Below are positions 57,154 to 64,000 of a stretch of DNA of 64,000 nt, in pieces. Origin of the DNA: a virus. Lineage: Duplodnaviria > Caudoviricetes. Both the position numbers and the translations under genes were made by a program. Within the stretch, counting starts at the first letter, position 1. Each line of letters starts with the position of its first letter. The stretch is from the IMG/VR virus record IMGVR_UViG_3300017722_005389, one strand, 5' to 3'. The notes under the pieces are model-generated. The model was given only the letters and a program-made list of their open reading frames with translations. It had not been told where the DNA came from and ran no database searches.

Positions 57154-57486
57154 ATGATAATTTCAAAAGAAGATCAATCGTTCCTTGATAACCATAAATT
57201 TGTTCTCTACTACGTAGGAATAGAAAATCAAAATGCTTATTCATTTGCAAATTCAGGGTTTCAATATGAGTTAGTCTGCCATCCACAGAATGGCTGGGCT
57301 TATCATGTAGAAAGACATAAAAGAATGATATTTGACAGCAGAATAGCACCTAAATATTATAAAACAGCTGAAGAAGCATTCAGTATTGCATCAGGCAGTG
57401 TTAAAGATTATGAGATAAATGGTTACAAGGTAAACAATAAAATTAATCACGAAAATAGAAATATACGAGGTAAAAACTACAATTAA
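57154..57486 (+). CDS. hypothetical protein
   Basis: 110-aa ORF. Confidence 0.6.
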   Translation: MIISKEDQSFLDNHKFVLYYVGIENQNAYSFANSGFQYELVCHPQNGWAYHVERHKRMIFDSRIAPKYYKTAEEAFSIASGSVKDYEINGYKVNNKINHENRNIRGKNYN

Positions 57487-57499
57487 ATATAAATCAAAC

Positions 57500-58360
57500 A
57501 TGAATCAGAACAGACATTTTTTAACAGACTCATTTTACCCTCAAATCCCATTTGAAAAATTTACAAAACTCACAAAGAAGCTTCGTGAATTCTTCCTTGA
57601 TAAAAAAGGATTTATGGAGGTTCACCCTCAAAACAGGCTAGCAATCCTTTCTGCTTGCGAAAATCCCCATTCAATTGTGAAGTTTCAATACGAAAATTTA
57701 GACTATCCTCTTCCGCAAACAGGTCAGATGACTCTTGAAGATTATCTTCTTCTTCATCCAGAGCAAAAAGGTTTCTTTTGCATCACAACTTCCTATAGAA
57801 ATGAAAAAACCCCTGAAGTAGGAAGACATGCAAAAATTTTTCCAATGGCAGAATTTGAACTTCCTGGAGGTTTTTCTGAACTTCTTCAGATGGAAATTGA
57901 GCTTCTTCAGTTTTTAGGTTTCGAAGGAGAATATCCAACAAATCAATATGAAACTGTCGCATCAGAATATGGTGTTAAAGAAATTGATTCTCCAACTGAA
58001 TTGAAAATTGCTGAGAAATATGGTGAAGTTTTTATGTTAACACACTTCCCAGAACATACAAATCCATTCTGGAATATGAAAAGAAATGAAAATGGAACAG
58101 CAAATAAATGTGATGTTTTGATTCATGGAATGGAAACTATCGGTTCTGCAGAACGTTCTTGTGATGTTGAACAAATGAGAGATATTTTCTTTGCTATTGA
58201 AGATGGTAAATATGTTGAGAAACTTTTTGAACTCTTCGGATATGACAGGGTTATTAAAGAACTGAATGAATTTCTTTCGCATAATTTTATCCAAAGATCT
58301 GGCGGTGGAATTGGTCTTACAAGACTTGCAAGAGGAATGGAATTATCTGGTCTTTTGTAA
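57500..58360 (+). CDS. stand-alone class IIb aminoacyl-tRNA synthetase catalytic domain (Asn/Asp/Lys-type; AsnA/EpmA-like paralogue)
   Basis: Motif 1 FFLDKKGFMEVHP, motif 2 SYRNEK..GRHAKIFPMAEFE, ETIGSAER, motif 3 SGGGIGLTRL; no anticodon OB-fold. Confidence 0.85.
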   Translation: MNQNRHFLTDSFYPQIPFEKFTKLTKKLREFFLDKKGFMEVHPQNRLAILSACENPHSIVKFQYENLDYPLPQTGQMTLEDYLLLHPEQKGFFCITTSYRNEKTPEVGRHAKIFPMAEFELPGGFSELLQMEIELLQFLGFEGEYPTNQYETVASEYGVKEIDSPTELKIAEKYGEVFMLTHFPEHTNPFWNMKRNENGTANKCDVLIHGMETIGSAERSCDVEQMRDIFFAIEDGKYVEKLFELFGYDRVIKELNEFLSHNFIQRSGGGIGLTRLARGMELSGLL

Positions 58361-58363
58361 TAC

Positions 58364-58406
58364 AAAAAAAAAACTCTTAAGAAAAAATATTAAGAGTTTT
58401 TTTTTT
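58364..58406. terminator. bidirectional terminator
   Basis: A10-CTCTTAA...TTAAGAG-T10 between convergent genes. Confidence 0.85.
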
Positions 58407-58411
58407 CAGAT

Positions 58412-58633
58412 CTATTCTTCCCCAAATAATGGTGGTACAGGTTTTGCCACATACTCAATCAAAGGCAAATCTTTTACCCATTGAAATTCAGGTGTAACAC
58501 ATTGTTCCATTTCTTCCAAACTGATAATCCAATTGTCTGAATTATCCAAAATGGGATTGAAAAAACTGTCAGGAGCATACATTTGTCCCACCAAACTGTC
58601 TTTTTCAATTCCTGTTAAAAGTCCTACTTCCAT
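58412..58633 (-). CDS. small virion-associated hypothetical protein
   Basis: 73 aa, last gene of the minus-strand fibre operon. Confidence 0.65.
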   Translation of the reverse strand: MEVGLLTGIEKDSLVGQMYAPDSFFNPILDNSDNWIISLEEMEQCVTPEFQWVKDLPLIEYVAKPVPPLFGEE

Positions 58634-58646
58634 ATTTTTAATTATT

Positions 58647-60218
58647 TTATACTTGTCTCCCTAAAGTTGTGTTAAATGCCTGCACGGCTGTATAAAAATT
58701 ACTTGCATCAGTATCTGTTAAGCCATCACCGATGGAAGCAAAAGCATATTGTTTGTTTGAATAAAGACCTGAATTCGGTGTGCCCGAATTATTTGAATTT
58801 GCTAAAAATAAACTAAAAGTAGGTCTACCATTTGCAGCATTAGTAAATGAACCTAAAGTAGTATTATTTTTAAAAACTTTAACGGCTGTCCCAATTCTAT
58901 TAGCTATATAATTACCAACTGAATTAGCATCAGCAGGATTAACAGGTGCTAAATTATTAGAATAAAATTCAGTTGCATTTGTAAAATAAACTCTTAATTG
59001 CAACGCTCTTGTTCCATCAAAAGTACCTAATTCAACATCATTTTGTGTTTGATTTAATCTTGAGTAAACTGATATATGATGATTATTATCTACTGCATAT
59101 TGCGCACTTGGAACTAAAAAAGTATCGGCATAACCATTTGTACCATTTGCTTGAACACCATTTGCCGTATGTGTCCAACCTCCAAAAAACACTAATCTAA
59201 AAGCCGCATTTGTATCTAACGGATTTTTTAGGTTAAACTTGTGAGTAGTAGCAGTACCACCAACAAAAGGATATATAGCTTTCATCTTAGTCCAAATACC
59301 ATAGCCTTTCATATCTAAAACTAAGGTATTGATAGCTTGCGCTTGGACTTGGTCTTGAATGTCAGCAGCAGTAACAAATGCTTGAGCATCAGGATCACTA
59401 ACTGTCTGTGGTCCTACTGACCTACCTAAAGTTGTGTTAAATGCCTGCACGGCTGTGTATAAATTACTTGCATCTGTATCTGTTAAGCCGTCATGGATAG
59501 ATGCAAAAGCGCATTCTCGATTTGAATAATTAAAAGTATTACCATTAACTGCTCCTAAATAAATTGAATTTGTTGAATTCCCTGTACTTAATTCACTATT
59601 AGTTGCACTTGAAATACCATTCTTAAAAATTTTTGTTAAATTATTTGCAGTTCTTGTTATAGTGTATAAGCCTAATGCATTAGCGTCTACAAATTGTGCA
59701 AATGTGCCAGCATTTGAACTTTGTAATATACCATAAGTTCTTGTTGAAGACAAATAGCTTCTTATGGCTAATATTGTATATTGTAAACCTGCCCCAACCC
59801 AAGACCCCATATTTATTGAATTATTTGCAGGTGTTGTATTTGTTCTTGAATAATAGGATAAGCCAATTGAGTTTAATGTAATAGTTGTGCTTGGTACTAA
59901 AAAACTATTAGCAAAAGCATTCGTGCCATTTGGAGTAGCACCTGTACTGCTATGAGTCCAACCCCCACTAAAAACTAACCTAAATGCTGCGTTAGTATCT
60001 AACGGATTTTTTAAATTCCATTTATGACTTGAAGCTGTACCTCCAACCATTGGGTATACAGCCTTCATCTTGCTCCATATTCCTGCAGCTTTCAAATTTA
60101 CCACCAATTGATTGATAGCGTTCTTTTGAGTGTTATCAGTTATAGCTGCAGCCGTAATAAACGCTTGAGCATCCGCATCTGATACACTTGAACCAAATAT
60201 ATAAGAATTTATTATCAT
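58647..60218 (-). CDS. tail fibre/adhesin with two tandem ConA/LamG-like domains
   Basis: Two ~255-aa copies: SDxDAQAF..IWxKMKAxYPxVGGTA..NAAFRLVFxGGWTH..LTDTDASNxYTAVQAFNTTLGR. Confidence 0.75.
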   Translation of the reverse strand: MIINSYIFGSSVSDADAQAFITAAAITDNTQKNAINQLVVNLKAAGIWSKMKAVYPMVGGTASSHKWNLKNPLDTNAAFRLVFSGGWTHSSTGATPNGTNAFANSFLVPSTTITLNSIGLSYYSRTNTTPANNSINMGSWVGAGLQYTILAIRSYLSSTRTYGILQSSNAGTFAQFVDANALGLYTITRTANNLTKIFKNGISSATNSELSTGNSTNSIYLGAVNGNTFNYSNRECAFASIHDGLTDTDASNLYTAVQAFNTTLGRSVGPQTVSDPDAQAFVTAADIQDQVQAQAINTLVLDMKGYGIWTKMKAIYPFVGGTATTHKFNLKNPLDTNAAFRLVFFGGWTHTANGVQANGTNGYADTFLVPSAQYAVDNNHHISVYSRLNQTQNDVELGTFDGTRALQLRVYFTNATEFYSNNLAPVNPADANSVGNYIANRIGTAVKVFKNNTTLGSFTNAANGRPTFSLFLANSNNSGTPNSGLYSNKQYAFASIGDGLTDTDASNFYTAVQAFNTTLGRQV

Positions 60219-61456
60219 ACTCTTGTTCCGATTATTGTCACCTTTAATCCTGCAGCAGTTCCGTTCCCGATTTGGTCTACATCTACCGTGATTTCCGCAT
60301 CATCAGCCAATGCTGTATCAGATATAACAGGAGCTGTAGCAGCAGTTGTACTTGTTTTTTCAGTATTATCTATTGTTAGTTTAGTACTTAAAATAGATGC
60401 TCCACCTTCATTTATATCCACAGTGAATATACTTCCTGAAGCCTGTGCAGTTGTTAATGAAGCCCTAACAGATGTGACTGTCATCGCATGAGGCATCCTA
60501 AATGTTACCTTATTTGTTCCTGCAGTGATAGCAGTTGTTTCATCTGAACATGCAACTTGTATTTCTACAGGTAAAGGTGCTAACTTACTAATAGCAATAG
60601 CAGCACTTGCAGAAACATCCGCATTTACGATTGTACTTGCAGGACTTTCAAATACTCCATTTACAACTTTTGCAATTCCTGAACCTGCAACTGAAGGTAA
60701 TGTTGTATGCACATGAGAAGGATGCAATGAATCAAAGTAAAATCTTATTTGTCTTGATTGATTAACATTTTTTTGTGCCCACAACTCAATATAAATTCTA
60801 TCGGTAGAAAGAATTGTCGTTTGTGGCATTGTAACATTAGCAATATATTGCGCTATAGTTACAGGGTCATAAACATAAACATCATCTGAACTTGCTAATA
60901 ATGTTGGTGCTGTAGAACCATCATATTTATAAACTCTAATCTGAAATTGTGTTTGATTTGCATTACCTGCGCCACCTAAAATATCAACCCAAATGTTAAA
61001 ATCCCACAAACCTGCAGGAATATTTGTAACAGAAGGATTTCCTGCAATAGTAACAAACCCACATACTAAACTATAAGAACCTTCTATTAAATTGGCAGAT
61101 GTAATAGAACCTGAACCAACGCTATAAGTTATTCCAAGTTGTGATGGGGCAACAGGTGAAGTTGGCAGTCCTGTTGTCGGAGATATGTTTGTTGTATTTT
61201 GATAATTGAAATAATAAAATATACCACCTCCGCCTGAACCCCCTGTGGGAACTGCCCCAGGAGTCCACGCACTACCGTTCCATTGTAATGTCTGACCATT
61301 TATTGGAGCTACATTGCTCACTGCATAGCCTTGTAGCCCATCCACCGTTGGATTTGGATATGTTCCCGATAAATCACCGCCTGCAGTTCCTGAAACTGTA
61401 CTACCTGATTCATAGTAATCAAAATTATTAGTAAATGGGTTTAATTTATATGACAT
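60215..61456 (-). CDS. tail fibre-like virion protein
   Basis: AGGDLSGTYPNPTV, GQTLQWNGSAWTP, Gly/Ser/Thr-rich. Confidence 0.7.
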   Translation of the reverse strand: MSYKLNPFTNNFDYYESGSTVSGTAGGDLSGTYPNPTVDGLQGYAVSNVAPINGQTLQWNGSAWTPGAVPTGGSGGGGIFYYFNYQNTTNISPTTGLPTSPVAPSQLGITYSVGSGSITSANLIEGSYSLVCGFVTIAGNPSVTNIPAGLWDFNIWVDILGGAGNANQTQFQIRVYKYDGSTAPTLLASSDDVYVYDPVTIAQYIANVTMPQTTILSTDRIYIELWAQKNVNQSRQIRFYFDSLHPSHVHTTLPSVAGSGIAKVVNGVFESPASTIVNADVSASAAIAISKLAPLPVEIQVACSDETTAITAGTNKVTFRMPHAMTVTSVRASLTTAQASGSIFTVDINEGGASILSTKLTIDNTEKTSTTAATAPVISDTALADDAEITVDVDQIGNGTAAGLKVTIIGTRV

Positions 61457-61508
61457 AATATATTAAAATTATGGAACTTGTACTTTATTGTAGTTGTTAT
61501 AATCTTAT

Positions 61509-61516
61509 TATAAATA
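61509..61516 (-). promoter_or_regulatory. TATTTATA putative late promoter
   Basis: 52 nt upstream of the fibre operon start 61456. Confidence 0.4.
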
Positions 61517-61595
61517 CACTCATATAATTATAAAATCTCATTAGAAACTATTTAAATTAGCATTAGAACAATTATTTTTTAAAAATATATAAAAA

Positions 61596-61928
61596 GTGAA
61601 AATTTATTTAGACAATTTAAGAACTCCTTTAGACAATTCTTGGTTTCTTATAAGAAGCCATCATGATTTCATTCATAAAATTTCAACATCTTTTAATCAG
61701 ATTGAATGTATTTCTTTTGATGATGATTTAGGTGGAGAAAAAACTGGATTTGATTGTGCAAAATATTTGATAGAATATTGTATGAAGAATAATCTAACCC
61801 TTCCACAGACTTATGTACATTCAGCAAATTCTGTTGAAAGCGAAGATATTATTTTAAGTATAAATGGTTATTTAAATTTTATTGAAGAAACTCCAAATTG
61901 TAAATGGATTTCTATAGAACATTTTTAA
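61596..61928 (+). CDS. cyclic-phosphate-processing receiver-like domain protein
   Basis: IYLDNLRTP, ISFDDDLG, GFDCAKYL, VHSAN; GTG start. Confidence 0.8.
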   Translation: MKIYLDNLRTPLDNSWFLIRSHHDFIHKISTSFNQIECISFDDDLGGEKTGFDCAKYLIEYCMKNNLTLPQTYVHSANSVESEDIILSINGYLNFIEETPNCKWISIEHF

Positions 61929-61937
61929 AACTTTCTT

Positions 61938-62306
61938 ATGAAAAAACTTTTATTCTTTTTATTACTTTCATTTAGCCTTTCAGCGCAAAATGTGAGTTTT
62001 AGTGTTGGTGAAATTCTTATAACGGATTCTAATAGAAATATGGAATCACATATCTTTTTAAAAGAAGGTGTGTTAAAGGTTAATTTGAAATCAAAATATC
62101 TCACATATCAAGCAGATCGTAAAAAAACAAAATTAAGAATCCTTGCATATACAAAATCTGATTATAATTCGATTGTCATTCAAACAAAAAGAGGCTATTC
62201 TTTTATAGTTTTTGAAGATTTTTTTGTAATGAGAAAGTTATTTACGTTTGAAAACTATTATATTTTTGTAGAACAACGATTATATACAATTATTAAAAAT
62301 ATATAA
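61938..62306 (+). CDS. secreted hypothetical protein
   Basis: MKKLLFFLLLSFSLSAQ signal peptide. Confidence 0.7.
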   Translation: MKKLLFFLLLSFSLSAQNVSFSVGEILITDSNRNMESHIFLKEGVLKVNLKSKYLTYQADRKKTKLRILAYTKSDYNSIVIQTKRGYSFIVFEDFFVMRKLFTFENYYIFVEQRLYTIIKNI

Positions 62307-62318
62307 AACATTTAAATT

Positions 62319-62693
62319 ATGCTTAAACATCAATACCAAGAAGCACTTTTGGTTTTCGCAATTCTTCTAATTTTTTCAATAGGTACATCATTTTCAGAAA
62401 TTTCCTTTTTAGGATCAATTGTAATCGGAATGATATTTATTGCTTGCCTACATTTTTATACAGATTTTTTGAAACGATCTTATGACGGTTTAAAAATTAA
62501 ACCTGGTGACAAAGTTTTAATTGAATTCTTTGGAAATCGTTATGAAGCTGAAGTTATCAAAATTTCATCAGAAAGTAGAGAAATTCCTGAAGAGGGTTCA
62601 GAACCTTCTTTTGAAAATGTAATTGTTTATGATTGCAAGGTTTCTTGGAGAAGCACTCATATAAGAACCTCAAAAATCTATAAAAAATTATAA
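62319..62693 (+). CDS. membrane protein with C-terminal SH3/KOW-like segment
   Basis: Two TM helices then IKPGDKVLIEF..YEAEVIKI. Confidence 0.6.
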   Translation: MLKHQYQEALLVFAILLIFSIGTSFSEISFLGSIVIGMIFIACLHFYTDFLKRSYDGLKIKPGDKVLIEFFGNRYEAEVIKISSESREIPEEGSEPSFENVIVYDCKVSWRSTHIRTSKIYKKL

Positions 62694-62696
62694 TTT

Positions 62697-63545
62697 ATGA
62701 ATAAACTTATCGAATTAAGAAGTGAAATAAACAATTATTTAGAAAAAAAACGAGAAGAATTTGCATTAACATTTGATGAATCAAACCACGTTTATTCAAT
62801 GTTAGATGTTAATGGAAATCTTAAAAGTGATTGGAAATCAGTTTCAAGAATAATCAAAAACTATTACGATGAATTCCCAGCAGAAGAAATCTCACTTAAA
62901 AAAGCAAATGGAGATATTTTAGAACAAGAGCGACTGCTTAAAGAATGGGCTGATGCTGGTTCATATGCTACTAATTTAGGAAGTAGGACACATTTTTTAT
63001 TGGAGAAAAAGTCTTTAGAAATGTTTAACATCAAAAAGGAAGTTAGACAGCCCATATTTGAATGCGATGCGGATCAATTACTAACAAGTGATAAGATGAT
63101 TAATGCTGGAGTCTCATTTTTAAATTTAATGAAGCAGAGAAATGCCTTATTATTTGATACTGAAACTGTTTTAGGTCATCCAGGATTGATGTTTACAGGT
63201 CAGCCTGATAAATTATGGTTAATTGAAAATAAAGAAAAAAATAAAATAGGGTTTTTAATCACAGACTATAAAACTAATAAGCCAAAGAATTTTGAAACTC
63301 AACATTATACGAAACCAATGAAAGCTCCATTTCAGCATTTACCTAATAATGCCTTTGGACATTATAATTTACAGTTACCATTATATGGCAAACTTTTAAC
63401 TGAAATGTTAAAGGGGAGTAAGTATGAAAATATTGGTATTTTTGGGGCAATAATAGTTCTCTTGAAAGAGAATGAAACATTTGAAGAATTCAGAATTCCG
63501 AATCAACTTATTAATCAAGTAATTAATTTAAAGATTACTATATAA
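62697..63545 (+). CDS. PD-(D/E)XK exonuclease (RecB/Cas4-like)
   Basis: LGSRTH, TGQPDKLW, ITDYKT, YNLQLPLY. Confidence 0.88.
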   Translation: MNKLIELRSEINNYLEKKREEFALTFDESNHVYSMLDVNGNLKSDWKSVSRIIKNYYDEFPAEEISLKKANGDILEQERLLKEWADAGSYATNLGSRTHFLLEKKSLEMFNIKKEVRQPIFECDADQLLTSDKMINAGVSFLNLMKQRNALLFDTETVLGHPGLMFTGQPDKLWLIENKEKNKIGFLITDYKTNKPKNFETQHYTKPMKAPFQHLPNNAFGHYNLQLPLYGKLLTEMLKGSKYENIGIFGAIIVLLKENETFEEFRIPNQLINQVINLKITI

Positions 63546-63574
63546 AATAAGGTTGGAAATCCCAACCTTATTTT
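63544..63574. terminator. bidirectional terminator
   Basis: AAAATAAGGTTGG-AAATC-CCAACCTTATTTT. Confidence 0.85.
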
Positions 63575-63879
63575 TTAATATCTTTGTTTACCAATTGTTT
63601 TGCTTCTTTTTCTGTTACTTTTTCTTTTGGTTTACCAAAAAATTTAGCAACTTCATCGATAGCTTTTAATAACTTTTGATAAAATGATTTTTCTTCTTTA
63701 TTTGCTCCATCTTCTGGAATGTAAGATTCAACAAATTTCGGATAACCTGTAGGTAATTGTTTATTACCCCTTGTATCTGAAAATGGTGTATTCATTTCAT
63801 TTTCCATCATTTTCTTTTTCTTAGATAACTCCTCTTTCACAAGAGTTTTAATCAACCTTTTGAATTCTATTTTATTCAT
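63568..63879 (-). CDS. leader-motif protein (MNKIEFKRLIKTLVKEEL)
   Basis: Same basic amphipathic xKE leader; TATTTATA 12 nt upstream. Confidence 0.7.
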   Translation of the reverse strand: MNKIEFKRLIKTLVKEELSKKKKMMENEMNTPFSDTRGNKQLPTGYPKFVESYIPEDGANKEEKSFYQKLLKAIDEVAKFFGKPKEKVTEKEAKQLVNKDIKK

Positions 63880-63891
63880 ATCTTTTTTATT

Positions 63892-63899
63892 TATAAATA
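63892..63899 (-). promoter_or_regulatory. TATTTATA putative late promoter (second copy at 63905-63912)
   Basis: 12 nt upstream of ATG 63879. Confidence 0.55.
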
Positions 63900-64000
63900 T
63901 TCAGTATAAATAAAAATGGAAACAAAATATTTATTAATAAATATTGATGAGTTCTAAGTGGAATAATTTTATAAATTCATTTGCAGATAGGAGTTCCTTT

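Noticed and set aside
58660-59490. Similar ~70-nt segments resembling a DGR template/variable repeat pair
   Set aside because: Both copies are coding, differences are mostly synonymous third positions rather than adenine-specific, and no reverse transcriptase is in the window.
62697-63545. Cas4-like nuclease as a sign of a CRISPR system
   Set aside because: No array or other cas genes; PD-(D/E)XK exonucleases are common stand-alone phage genes.
1-64000. Giant eukaryotic virus or bacterial chromosome origin (RNR, aaRS-like gene, parS)
   Set aside because: The sigma factor, contractile-tail baseplate genes, peptidoglycan hydrolases, bacterial-type terminators and absence of housekeeping operons indicate a bacteriophage.
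1-64000. tRNA, rRNA, dif sites, DnaA boxes, group I/II introns
   Set aside because: None recognised by eye; intergenic gaps are short and nrdA/nrdB are uninterrupted. tRNAscan-SE and Infernal would be needed to exclude them formally.
63913-64000. Short + ORF METKYLLINIDEF and a possible 3' end of a minus-strand gene (63934-64000)
   Set aside because: Too short or truncated by the window edge to support a call.

Overview
AT-rich, densely coded segment of a very large tailed dsDNA phage (jumbo/huge myovirus-like) in the standard genetic code. The host is probably Bacteroidota: no Shine-Dalgarno motifs are visible, and the window carries SprB-like repeats and a BT4734/VirE-N domain. Replication and nucleotide genes (SSB-like, 5'-3' exonuclease, intein-containing DnaB, class Ia RNR, primase-SF2 helicase, DnaG, RuvC-like, SbcCD, PD-(D/E)XK nuclease, sigma-70-like factor) are interleaved with baseplate/tail genes, two peptidoglycan hydrolases and many small hypothetical genes. 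No tRNA, rRNA or CRISPR array was seen. The most notable signals are: (1) a 16-bp chromosomal-type parS site filling an intergenic gap at 2629-2644, with no parB in the window; (2) a portable ~19-aa basic leader ending in I/V-K-E fused to unrelated cargo domains (candidate capsid-targeting and prohead-protease signal); (3) an A10 tract giving a -1 frame extension of a membrane protein by an EEIK-repeat tail beside the endolysin; (4) a recurring TATTTATA upstream motif, the reverse complement of the T4 late promoter, plus a sigma factor whose -35 HTH appears split by a ~120-aa insert; (5) a stand-alone class II aaRS catalytic core. All product calls come from motif recognition by eye; no database searches were run.
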